DNA of 64,000 nt, from positions 2,304,001 to 2,368,000 of the forward strand of contig CBDAOB010000005.1 in assembly GCA_965197905.1 (NCBI GenBank), read 5' to 3'. Positions 21,575 to 30,743 of this stretch are shown here, one piece after another; position 1 is the first letter of the stretch, and each line of letters opens with the position of its first letter. This stretch comes from Candidatus Latescibacterota bacterium. GTDB taxonomy: Bacteria; Latescibacterota; UBA2968; UBA8231. The position numbers were made by a program, and so were the translations under genes. Under the pieces are notes generated by a model. That model saw only the letters and a list, made by a program, of their open reading frames with translations, did no database searches and was not told the origin of the DNA.

Positions 21575-23443
21575 ATGTCCAAGCTTCCCTGGCTGCTGGT
21601 CTTCATTCTGGGGTACTGGGCTTACTGCATATTCTGGGGTTGGAAGGGTGCGCGCACCGCCCGAACGCCCAGCGATTATTTTATCGCCGGCCGCGGCATT
21701 GGCATGTGGGTATTCGTCCTGGCGGCAACGGCTACCTCCTTCAGCGGCTGGACCTTCGTAGGCCACCCCGGGACGATCTACAAAACCGGCCTCCCCTACG
21801 CCTTCGCTTCTTTCTACGCAATCACCATACCGCTCACCGGCGTGTTGTTCATGAAACGCCAGTGGCTGCTGGGCAAACGGTACGGGTATATCACGCCCGG
21901 AGAGATGTTCAGCGACTACTACCAGACCAACGCCATGCGTCTTCTGACGGTAGTTGTCGCCATGATTTTCAGCGTCCCGTATCTGGGTATTCAGCTCAAG
22001 GCCTCCGGGTTGCTTTTCAGCCGGCTGCTGAAAGGTACCGTGCTCGAAGAAACCTTCGCGGGATCCATCGAAGGAGGCGCCATTCTGCTCTCGGTAGTTG
22101 TGTTTATCTACGTCGCCTCCGGGGGACTGCGCTCCGTTGCCTATGTCGATTGCGTGCAATGCATTCTGCTGGCCGTAGGCATCGTGGTGCTCGGTTTTGT
22201 CGCCCTTGATCTCGTCGGCGGATGGCAATCGTTCAAACAGGGGTTGGCCGCGCTGTCGGAGGTAAAGCCGGACATGGTGGCGATTCCGACACGTCCGGAA
22301 TCTTCCTCCTTCCTCGAGCGCAGCGGCACCATGTTTTTCGACGGCTCCGGAGGTCCTTGGACGGGTCTGATGATCCTCACCTACATGTTCGCCCTCATGG
22401 GCATCCAGTCAGCTCCCGCGTTCTCCATGTGGGCTTTTGCCAACAAGGATCCACGCCCCTTCCCCTGGCAACAGGTCGTGGCCTCTTCCATCGCCATCGG
22501 CGGCATCATGTTCGTTTTTACCGCCTTTCAGGGTTTGGGGGGCGCGCTCCTCGATGGCGAGCTGGTCCCCGGGAAGAGCCGTCTTGGCATACCTCAATCG
22601 GACTCGCTGGTTCCCTACCTCATCGATACCCTCTCGAGCACCTGGCCGTGGTTGGTTGGCTTGCTGGCCGTCTGCGCATTAGCGGCAATGCAATCCACCG
22701 GTGCCGCTTACATGTCTACCGCCAGCGGCATCATCACTCGCGATCTCTACCGACATTTCCTCAATCGCGATGCGTCCCATACGGCCCAGGTTCTGGTCGG
22801 GCGCATCTCGGTAGCTGTAGTGGTTGGCCTTGCCCTGTTTGTCGGATTGGCGAGCGGTGACCTTTTGGTGCTACTTGGAGGCTTGGCGGTTTCCTACGGC
22901 TTTCAGATGTGGCCCGCGCTGCTCGGCATCTGCTATCTGCGTTTCTTTACACCAAGAGGCATCGTCTGGGGGCTGATTGCCGGCCTGTTGGCGGTTACGG
23001 TCACTTACATCACGGAGCTCGGAGGGTTGTTCGGCTTTGGACGTTACCCATTGACGATTCACAGTGCGGGTTGGGGCATCCTCTGCAATCTCGGAACAGC
23101 GACGCTGCTGAGTGCCCTCGACCGCAGCGGAGCCGGCCGCTCCCACCGCGATCGGTTCCACGACTTTCTGCGGGAACACACCCAAATCAGCAGTGAGCGC
23201 GCCGTCTGGAAGAAACCGGCCTGGGCACTGACCATCGTCTGGTTTCTCTTCGCCATCGGTCCCTTTGCCGTCCTCGGCAACGAAACCGATTCTCAGAACT
23301 GGATCGCTGGCGTTCCCTCCTTGTGGATTTGGCAGGTGACGTGGTGGGTCGTTGGGTGTTTCATGATGTACCTATTGGCCTTCAAGCTGCAGATGTCCAC
23401 CGTTCCCGACCGCGAGATCGAAACCTTACACTCCAACGATTGA
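21575..23443 (+). CDS. Sodium:solute symporter family protein
   Basis: DYFIAGR, ATSFSGWTFVGHPG, GGLRSVAYVD, LAAMQST; many transmembrane segments. Confidence 0.9.
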   Translation: MSKLPWLLVFILGYWAYCIFWGWKGARTARTPSDYFIAGRGIGMWVFVLAATATSFSGWTFVGHPGTIYKTGLPYAFASFYAITIPLTGVLFMKRQWLLGKRYGYITPGEMFSDYYQTNAMRLLTVVVAMIFSVPYLGIQLKASGLLFSRLLKGTVLEETFAGSIEGGAILLSVVVFIYVASGGLRSVAYVDCVQCILLAVGIVVLGFVALDLVGGWQSFKQGLAALSEVKPDMVAIPTRPESSSFLERSGTMFFDGSGGPWTGLMILTYMFALMGIQSAPAFSMWAFANKDPRPFPWQQVVASSIAIGGIMFVFTAFQGLGGALLDGELVPGKSRLGIPQSDSLVPYLIDTLSSTWPWLVGLLAVCALAAMQSTGAAYMSTASGIITRDLYRHFLNRDASHTAQVLVGRISVAVVVGLALFVGLASGDLLVLLGGLAVSYGFQMWPALLGICYLRFFTPRGIVWGLIAGLLAVTVTYITELGGLFGFGRYPLTIHSAGWGILCNLGTATLLSALDRSGAGRSHRDRFHDFLREHTQISSERAVWKKPAWALTIVWFLFAIGPFAVLGNETDSQNWIAGVPSLWIWQVTWWVVGCFMMYLLAFKLQMSTVPDREIETLHSND

Positions 23444-23447
23444 TGCC

Positions 23448-25139
23448 GTGAGGACTGCGGTCATCCGCATCGTTCTGGCGCTGGCCCTGGCAACCGCGCT
23501 GGCGCATTGGCTGCCAACCTATGGCGAGCTGAGCGGATTCGCCCTGTTTCCGCCGCTTGTCGCCATTCTCGTTGCCGTGGCCAGCGGTCACCTGCTGCCC
23601 GGACTGACCCTCGCCATCCTCAGCGCCGCGGTTATCTCGCTGCCATCGGGCACAGCGTTCTGGGAGGTTCCGATCCTGGCAGCGGAAAAGGCGGTCATCG
23701 ATTTCCTCTGGACGCCGCTGCGGGATTCCTTTCAGCTCTACATACTCGGGTTCTCGGCCGGACTGGTCGGCATGGTACGTCTCATCGCACTCAGTGGTGG
23801 CACCCAGGCCGTGGCGGAGCTGCTGGCAACGCGAGCACAGGGGGCCCGCTCGACGACGATCGCCTCATTCCTCATGGGCTTGGCGATCTTCTTTGACGAC
23901 TACGCCAACACCCTGGTCGTAGGTACGACCATGAGGCCGATCGCTGACCGGTTTCGAGTATCGAGGGAGAAGCTGGCCTATATCGTCGACTCCACCGCTG
24001 CTCCGATTGCCGGCGTCGCCATCATAAGCACGTGGATCGGTTTCGAGGTGGGCTTGTTCGACGACATGATGCGCGAGGTGAAGAGCGGGATCTCCGGGTA
24101 CGAGCTTTTCTTTCGCGCCCTCCCCTTGCGCTTCTACTGCTGGCTAACCCTCTTTTTCGTCGCTCTCGTCGCCATACTGGAGCGCGACTTCGGTCCCATG
24201 CGCCGGGCGGAAGAGCGAGCCTGGTCCGCCAGTGAATCGCCACAGGGTCCTGAGGCCGCCTCGCCTGTCGAACAAGAGCTGTCCTCACCGGACGTGCGGT
24301 GTCACTGGCTCCTCGCCATGGCCCCGGTAGCACTGGTAATCTTCGGCGTAATGGTCGGAATGAATCTGGACAGCTGGGACAGCTCCGAGGTACAGGAGGC
24401 GCGGCGCGACGGATTCCTGTTCAACCGCACCTACTGGACCGCCGTGTTTTCGAATGCCCATAGCTCCAGGGTCATGTTCCTCGCAGCGATGGCAGGGTCG
24501 ATACTCGCCTTCTCCCTGGCGTTGACCCGCCGATCGACCGTTGATGGAAACCATCTCTTCGGAATTTGGAGGGTTTTCAAGACCTGGATCATGGGAATCG
24601 CCGGATTTTATTACGCCATCCTGATTCTGATACTTGCGTGGGCCATCAAAGAAGCGTGCAAAGCGGTAACAACGTCTGAGTATCTCGTGGCGGCGCTGTC
24701 GGGTTTTCTCGAGCCGACCTTCCTACCTATTCTCGTCTTCCTGCTGGCCGCGATCGTCGCCTTCTCCATCGGAACCTCCTGGACCACGATGGCGATTCTT
24801 CTGCCCACAATGATCCCACTCGCCTTCCAGATGGGTGGTTTGGATCTCACAGTCGCCGTTGCCGCTGCCGTGCTCGACGGCGCCATCTTCGGCGACCACT
24901 GCTCTCCGATCAGCGATACGACAGTCCTTTCCAGCATAGCGGCGTCCTGCGACCACATTCAACACGTCAAGACACAGTTCCCATACGCCGCGATCACCAT
25001 GGCCGTCGCGGCGATTTTCGGCTACCTGGGGCGTATTGTTCTGGGCAGTTCCGTGTTGTGTTTGTTGTCCGGCGGAATAGTTCTGACGGCGGTGCTGTTG
25101 ATAGTTGGCAGGCGCACGCGGGTAGGGTCAGACTCCTGA
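23448..25139 (+). CDS. Na+/H+ antiporter NhaC family transporter
   Basis: IFFDDYAN, SREKLAYIVDSTAAP, GTSWTT, GAIFGDHCSPISDTT, HVKTQFPYA. Confidence 0.88.
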   Translation: MRTAVIRIVLALALATALAHWLPTYGELSGFALFPPLVAILVAVASGHLLPGLTLAILSAAVISLPSGTAFWEVPILAAEKAVIDFLWTPLRDSFQLYILGFSAGLVGMVRLIALSGGTQAVAELLATRAQGARSTTIASFLMGLAIFFDDYANTLVVGTTMRPIADRFRVSREKLAYIVDSTAAPIAGVAIISTWIGFEVGLFDDMMREVKSGISGYELFFRALPLRFYCWLTLFFVALVAILERDFGPMRRAEERAWSASESPQGPEAASPVEQELSSPDVRCHWLLAMAPVALVIFGVMVGMNLDSWDSSEVQEARRDGFLFNRTYWTAVFSNAHSSRVMFLAAMAGSILAFSLALTRRSTVDGNHLFGIWRVFKTWIMGIAGFYYAILILILAWAIKEACKAVTTSEYLVAALSGFLEPTFLPILVFLLAAIVAFSIGTSWTTMAILLPTMIPLAFQMGGLDLTVAVAAAVLDGAIFGDHCSPISDTTVLSSIAASCDHIQHVKTQFPYAAITMAVAAIFGYLGRIVLGSSVLCLLSGGIVLTAVLLIVGRRTRVGSDS

Positions 25140-25142
25140 TAA

Positions 25143-25709
25143 CTACCAGCTGGCGGTGATGCGGTCGACGATCTCCTCGATAATCATCTCGAAAGCGGCA
25201 TCGATGGCGGCATCGCGCCCACCTTCGTCATCGTCGGCAAGATCGGCGTCGTAGGTTCCCCACCCCTCCAACCCAGGTAATTCCAGTAAAACCTCATCGT
25301 CGGCGTTGGCGACGAGTTCGGCGCGCACCTGGATCGAAAACCGATACTGCTCCGTCTCTTCACTGGCGGTATAGGTAAAGGGACGGTCTGACAACGCCAG
25401 AACCGTCATGAGCAGTACCGCGTCCGAGCTTTCTTCGTCCACCACGCGCAGGCGGCCATCACGGACAAAGGCATCTCCGGCGGTTTCGCTGAGCCGATCG
25501 CCGATATCGAACTCTGCTGTTTCGTTCTCGGCGATCGGCACGCCCACGGTGCGAATTCCACCAATCATTCCGGTTGTGGTGGAATAATGAGCGCATGCTG
25601 CCAGGCAGGACAGAAAAGCGACTACGGGAAACAGCCGGTGTCCCCTGCGAACCGGCCGCGGATGGCGGCTACTATTTCTCAGGCGTGGGATCTGTGGAGC
25701 CAGTTTCAT
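25143..25709 (-). CDS. lptE: LptE family LPS-assembly lipoprotein (start uncertain)
   Basis: LAAC lipobox followed by IRTVGVPIAENET ... EEIVDRITASW, an LptE-like pattern. Confidence 0.65.
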   Translation of the reverse strand: MKLAPQIPRLRNSSRHPRPVRRGHRLFPVVAFLSCLAACAHYSTTTGMIGGIRTVGVPIAENETAEFDIGDRLSETAGDAFVRDGRLRVVDEESSDAVLLMTVLALSDRPFTYTASEETEQYRFSIQVRAELVANADDEVLLELPGLEGWGTYDADLADDDEGGRDAAIDAAFEMIIEEIVDRITASW

Positions 25710-26130
25710 CCAGAACATTGGAACGTGCTCTGTCGCCAACGGCGATGGGTTGAAAAGACGGCCGCCCGCCGACGTCGGCACTTCGAACGTCCATCCGCTT
25801 CCACGACTGATCCCGCTCGCCGAACTTTCCCATCGAGTGTTCGACCATCACCGCACTCAGCGGCCGGGTGCTGCTGAGTGTCGCGTCGTCGGGGGCAGTC
25901 GGAGCTTTCACGGTGCACATGCGCTCCTGGACATGGGTAACCACCAACCGGGCTTTGACCATTTCCCAGTTTCCGAGGGGTTCTCCCGTATCCGGATCGG
26001 CGATCTCCGCATGTTCGTCGACCACGAGAAAGGTCGTGCCCTCCTTAACCCCCTGCTTCAGACCAACATTCAGGACCAGGGTCGCATCATCGATAATGGC
26101 CGCAACCTTGCCGTTGATTACCTCGGCCAT
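25672..26130 (-). CDS. Hypothetical protein with FlgT-C-like beta domain
   Basis: LVLNVGLKQGVKEG ... DPDTGEPLG ... ARLVVTHVQE pattern; GAGGAG RBS upstream. Confidence 0.6.
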   Translation of the reverse strand: MAEVINGKVAAIIDDATLVLNVGLKQGVKEGTTFLVVDEHAEIADPDTGEPLGNWEMVKARLVVTHVQERMCTVKAPTAPDDATLSSTRPLSAVMVEHSMGKFGERDQSWKRMDVRSADVGGRPSFQPIAVGDRARSNVLDETGSTDPTPEK

Positions 26131-26145
26131 CCGTACTCCTCACGT

Positions 26146-26181
26146 AAAGAAAAACCGGCCTGCATTGCTGCGGGCCGGTTT
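26146..26181 (-). terminator. Intrinsic terminator after the M23 peptidase gene
   Basis: Minus strand AAACCGGCCCGCA-GCAA-TGCAGGCCGGTTT followed by TTCTTT; GNRA loop. Confidence 0.65.
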
Positions 26182-26194
26182 GATAGTTTCTGGC

Positions 26195-27277
26195 TCACTT
26201 CGAGACCAATCCTAGTAATCGACCTTCCCCCAACCCGATGCCTCTTCCGCGCGGAATCTCAAGGTTGTTCCGCGGATTGTCGAGAATGTATTTCCGCGGA
26301 TCGTCGTACCCCTTTTGACCACCGCGCCGGCGGTCCTGAAAACGGACGGCGTAGTGAAGGTGCGGCCCGGTGGAGCGTCCGGTGCTTCCCATAGTTCCGA
26401 TCTGCTGCCGTCGCGACACCCAGTCACCCACCTTTACGAGACTCCTCTCCATGTGGCCGTATTCGCTGCGGTACATCCCCTCCCTGATAATCGTCTCGCC
26501 CTCTTCGTTTCGAGCTTTGATATCGTGTTCGACCACCACGACGTTACCCAACCTGACGTCCTTGTACGCGTATCTGACGACGCCATCCGCCGTAGCGTAG
26601 ATCGGCGTCCCGGAGCGACCAGCGAAATCGACCCCCATGTGAAACACCTTGCGACCCGTAAACGGATCCTTTCGATGTCCGAACCCGGAGGAAATCCAGG
26701 TGCGTTTCATCGGCACCGGAGAGATCGTCGGGAAGTGTTTGAGACCGTCCTGGCTCTCGAGAAACTGCTTCTCGATCTCCTGGAAGCTCTCTACTTGTCG
26801 ATACGCCTGCCGCTGCAGCCGGTCTACGGTGAGATTTAAATCGCGGAGCATAATTCGCTTCGAACTGGGAAGCGAGTTGACGGTTTCAGTCGGCAGATCG
26901 GCTAGGTCGCCGGACTCTTCCGGGTAGAGCGGCCCCCCACCCACACCACCCTCGGTAGAGAGCGGTTCCATCTCGTGATAGTAGCGCAAACGCTCGTCGT
27001 CGGCTCGCAGGACCTCTACCGTTTTTTCGAGATCTCCGACACCCTTGCGGACCACTTCAAGGCTGCGCAATAGGATGTCGTTCTCCTCGCTGAGCAAAGC
27101 CAGGTTTTCCCGTTGGTCTTCCCAGCCGAAATAGCCGACTGCGAAGAACGCGAATAGCGTCGCCAGCCCGATTCCGGCCACTACCGAAACCGTCAGCAAC
27201 CAGGGCGCGAAGCGATACTCGCGCACTTGACCATCATTTGTTGGAATTACGATAAAAGTAATGCGCTTTCGTGGCAT
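26195..27277 (-). CDS. M23 family metallopeptidase with N-terminal TM helix and coiled coil
   Basis: HMGVD (HxxxD), YGH, STGPHLHY (HxH). Confidence 0.92.
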   Translation of the reverse strand: MPRKRITFIVIPTNDGQVREYRFAPWLLTVSVVAGIGLATLFAFFAVGYFGWEDQRENLALLSEENDILLRSLEVVRKGVGDLEKTVEVLRADDERLRYYHEMEPLSTEGGVGGGPLYPEESGDLADLPTETVNSLPSSKRIMLRDLNLTVDRLQRQAYRQVESFQEIEKQFLESQDGLKHFPTISPVPMKRTWISSGFGHRKDPFTGRKVFHMGVDFAGRSGTPIYATADGVVRYAYKDVRLGNVVVVEHDIKARNEEGETIIREGMYRSEYGHMERSLVKVGDWVSRRQQIGTMGSTGRSTGPHLHYAVRFQDRRRGGQKGYDDPRKYILDNPRNNLEIPRGRGIGLGEGRLLGLVSK

Positions 27278-27599
27278 TTCCCCGTCCGGTCATTATGGGC
27301 CAAAGCTTGCCCGGTTGCCTCAATTCATTGGGTTCATATTCGCCCAAAACTCCGACAATGTAGGAATTGGTCCCACGATTGTCAATTTTTCTTTAGGTCT
27401 TGTTTTTTCTGGTGTTCCATAAGAAATCCCAGAACGCGCGGTCCCCCGGTCGCGGTTCCAGGAGCGGCCGTTGACGCTGTGCGTCCAACCCAGCGTTGAC
27501 CCTGTCCACACGCTATTCTTATATAATAGGAACCGGCCGATAATCCGGACACCAGAAATAAAGGGCGGTCGCCAACACCGCCTCATCAAGGAAATGACC

Positions 27600-29453
27600 A
27601 TGTTTCGTTTTTTCGCTCCAATTGTCATCCTGCTCGCCGCTTCCCACCCAAGGCCCAGCGCCGCCGCCGACAAGGCAGTCAACCGTGAATTTGATCAGTA
27701 CCTGAGACCGGTTGCCGGTTACATATATCAGTACTATTTCGAGGAAATCTCGCCCGACAGCCTGATGCACGCTGGATTGAATGGCCTTTTTCGTTATCTC
27801 GATCCGGCCTCGGAATTTACCCTCGGGGAAAAGGACAAACGTCCGTTTGATACCTTTCGCAAGATATCCGCGTCTGTCTACGAGAATTCACTCTACCCGG
27901 TCAACGCGGACACGCTGATTCGTTTCGGTATCGCCGGAATGACCGATATCCTCGATCCTCACTCCGTTTTCATGGAGAAACGGAACCTGGACAACTTCAA
28001 TATCCGCACGCGTGGACACTACGGGGGCCTTGGCTTCAGAATCCAGGTGGTCTATCCGGACAGCGCGATTGCGGTCTGGTCACTGCTTCACGACCAGACG
28101 CCGGCCGCGAAAGCGGGGGTAAAATCGGGGGATCTGATCGTCGCTATCGATGACAGCACGACTAGACAAATGTCGGCGGGCGACGGTGCCGACCTCATGC
28201 GCGGCAAACCGGGCACTCCCGTGACACTTACCTTGCAACGGGCCGGCCGCGAGGAGCCGTTCGACATCACCATCACCCGGGAAAAAGTGCAGATGCACAG
28301 CGTGCCGCACTACGACCTATTTCCCGATTCGACGGGTTATGTAAAGCTGGCACGATTTCAACCCACTGCCAGCGAGGAGGTTCGCCGCGCAATCGAGGAT
28401 CTCCAGTCCCAGGGCATGAAGCGGCTGATATTTGACCTTCAGAACAATGGTGGGGGTTACCTGCCGCAGGCGGTCGCCGTCGCCGACCTGTTCCTGGAAT
28501 CCGACAGACTGGTTGTGTTTCACGCCGGCAGAGCCTCCAAAGACACGACCATGCTGCGCACTAACGATCCCGCTTTGCTGCAGGACGAGCCACTGATCGT
28601 GATTGTAAACCGGGGATCGGCAAGCGCCTCCGAAATCGTCGCCGGCGCGATACAGGATTGGGACCGGGGTTTGGTGCTGGGCACGCCCACGGTCGGCAAG
28701 GGTTCGGTTCAGCAGATCATACGAATCGGCGATACTGCCGAGCTCAAACTGACGACGAGCGCGTATTTCACTCCAAGCGGTCGCTCCATAGACCGGCGCA
28801 TGCGCAAGGATTCCACCGTGGTTGGGAGTGGTACGAGGGAGTTCCGCACTCGCGTTCTGAAACGCGTAGTTCGCAGTGGAGGCGGCATCACTCCGGACAT
28901 ATTCGCGGAAAGCCGTCGCAGAACGCCGATCTACGTGCAGTTGGAGGGTCAAATGGACGGAGTGCACGACCTCAACAATCACTTCTTCTATTTCGCGCGG
29001 CAGTACGTGGTGCAGAGTCCAGATCTCACCCCAGAATTCAGAGCCAAAGAGAAAACGCTCAAAGAGTTCCGCGAGTTCATTGCGAAGCGGCAGTTCGACT
29101 ACATAAGTCATGCGGAAGCCCGGCTCAACTCGCTGGAGGATGTGGCGCAAGTCGATGAGTACAAGAAGCTGGAAAAATCGATCAAACGCCTCAAAAGCGA
29201 GATCGACAAGATTGAAGAGAATCACTGGGACGACACCGAGGAGTTGATTCGCTGGAAGCTCACCTACGAGATTCTCGAAAAGGGGTTCGGGCAGAAGGTG
29301 GCCTCCGCTTACCTGGTCTCGGTGAATCCACAAGTGAACAAGGCCCTGGAGATTCTGCGCGATCCTCTGGTTTACGAGGAGTGGTTCCAAAAAGAGGAGA
29401 TCGGCCTCGAGGATGAGGGAGAGGTGGCAGATTCGGGAGCTTCTAAGCACTAG
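27600..29453 (+). CDS. ctpA: S41A C-terminal processing peptidase (CtpA/Prc family)
   Basis: Signal peptide; PDZ GGLGF; DLQNNGGG, SASASE, GKGSVQ; ATG 27600 follows AAGGAA (alternative ATG 27594). Confidence 0.88.
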   Translation: MFRFFAPIVILLAASHPRPSAAADKAVNREFDQYLRPVAGYIYQYYFEEISPDSLMHAGLNGLFRYLDPASEFTLGEKDKRPFDTFRKISASVYENSLYPVNADTLIRFGIAGMTDILDPHSVFMEKRNLDNFNIRTRGHYGGLGFRIQVVYPDSAIAVWSLLHDQTPAAKAGVKSGDLIVAIDDSTTRQMSAGDGADLMRGKPGTPVTLTLQRAGREEPFDITITREKVQMHSVPHYDLFPDSTGYVKLARFQPTASEEVRRAIEDLQSQGMKRLIFDLQNNGGGYLPQAVAVADLFLESDRLVVFHAGRASKDTTMLRTNDPALLQDEPLIVIVNRGSASASEIVAGAIQDWDRGLVLGTPTVGKGSVQQIIRIGDTAELKLTTSAYFTPSGRSIDRRMRKDSTVVGSGTREFRTRVLKRVVRSGGGITPDIFAESRRRTPIYVQLEGQMDGVHDLNNHFFYFARQYVVQSPDLTPEFRAKEKTLKEFREFIAKRQFDYISHAEARLNSLEDVAQVDEYKKLEKSIKRLKSEIDKIEENHWDDTEELIRWKLTYEILEKGFGQKVASAYLVSVNPQVNKALEILRDPLVYEEWFQKEEIGLEDEGEVADSGASKH

Positions 29454-29457
29454 ATCC

Positions 29458-29607
29458 CTAGTGGCCTGTCGCATAAATACATTGCGTTTTCGGGCCTGGC
29501 ATTGCCTTCGCTCGCCGTACTCGACCAGTGCGGCTCGCTCAGGGGCCTTGCGGGGCGGGCGCCTCGGCGCCCGAATTCCATAAGCTATTTCCGCGACAGG
29601 CCACCAG
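29458..29607. mobile_element. Putative MITE-like non-autonomous element (~150 bp)
   Basis: Perfect 12-bp inverted repeat GTGGCCTGTCGC (29461-29472) / GCGACAGGCCAC (29593-29604), extendable to 19/23; CTAG and CCAG at the ends; internal hairpin; no transposase. Confidence 0.55.
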
Positions 29608-29795
29608 CATACGAGACCAGTGCGCGCAGGTTCGTTGATCGATCCGCTCCCTTCCCGATCCCGGCGGCAGCCCCCGCGTCTTGATCATTTCTGCGTAAAT
29701 CCTTAGGATATCGAATAGGACGGCGGTACAGGGGTCCTTTCACAGTCTATTCAGCGATTGCGTCTTCCTCGCAAGAGACTCTACTCCATAGATTT

Positions 29796-30737
29796 ATGGG
29801 AAGAATCCAACCTCGGAAACGGTTGCCAGCCTGGTTGAAGGCGAAGGCGCCGGGTAGTCCAAGTTACCTCCGCCTCAAGGGGTTGGTGAACGACCTCCAG
29901 CTACATACGGTCTGTGAGAGCGCCAATTGCCCTAACGTGGGGGAGTGCTGGGGGCAGGGTACGGCCACCTTCATGATTTTGGGTGATGTCTGCACGCGAA
30001 GCTGCGGGTTCTGTGCCATAAAAACGGGTAGACCCGGCTTGTTGGATGAGAACGAGCCGGAGCGGGTAGCACTCGCCGTGTCAAAGCTGGGCTTGCGGCA
30101 TGCCGTCATCACCTCGGTCGCTCGAGATGAGCTGGCGGACGGCGGCGCCACCATGTTTGCGCGCACCTTGGAGGCGTTGCATCGGCGCTGTCCCGGGACC
30201 TCCGTCGAGGTATTGATACCAGACTTCAAAGGAGATCGGGAGGCTCTTCGAACGGTGCTGGCTGCTGGCCCCGACATCTTGAACCACAACCTGGAAACGG
30301 TGCCGCGGCTCTACCCGCAGATGCGGCCGCAAGCTGGCTACGAGCGCTCTCTCGAGCTTCTCGACAGGGCACGACAGATGAGTCCGGCTCCGACGAAATC
30401 GGGTATCATGTTGGGTGCGGGTGAGTCGGCAAGCGAAATCGAACAGGCCATTCGCGATCTCGCCGCCGTCCAATGCGCTATACTAACCATGGGGCAGTAT
30501 CTGAGCCCCTCTGCGGATCACGTGGCCGTGGAACGATTTGTTCACCCCGACGAGTTCGGCCAGTGGCAGGGATTCGCCATGAGCCTGGGATTCCAGCATG
30601 TCGAATCCGGTCCCCTTGTCCGTAGCTCCTACCACGCCGAAAAACAGATTCCAGAGAGTGTCAACAGGCATATAGTCGAACCGCGCGCCCTGTTAGCCGC
30701 GTTGTCTAAACATCCGACTCACGCAACAACACCATAG
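29796..30737 (+). CDS. lipA: Lipoyl synthase
   Basis: CESANCPNVGEC (CX4CX5C), CTRSCGFC (radical SAM), RSSYHA. Confidence 0.96.
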   Translation: MGRIQPRKRLPAWLKAKAPGSPSYLRLKGLVNDLQLHTVCESANCPNVGECWGQGTATFMILGDVCTRSCGFCAIKTGRPGLLDENEPERVALAVSKLGLRHAVITSVARDELADGGATMFARTLEALHRRCPGTSVEVLIPDFKGDREALRTVLAAGPDILNHNLETVPRLYPQMRPQAGYERSLELLDRARQMSPAPTKSGIMLGAGESASEIEQAIRDLAAVQCAILTMGQYLSPSADHVAVERFVHPDEFGQWQGFAMSLGFQHVESGPLVRSSYHAEKQIPESVNRHIVEPRALLAALSKHPTHATTP

Positions 30738-30743
30738 GAAACG

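Noticed and set aside
27496..27527. TTGACC...TATAAT promoter for ctpA
   Set aside because: The spacer to TATAAT is 20 nt; a promoter here is likely but the exact elements cannot be supported.
29502..29684. 60-aa ORF in the ctpA-lipA gap
   Set aside because: Lies largely within the inverted-repeat element, has no RBS and no protein-like features.
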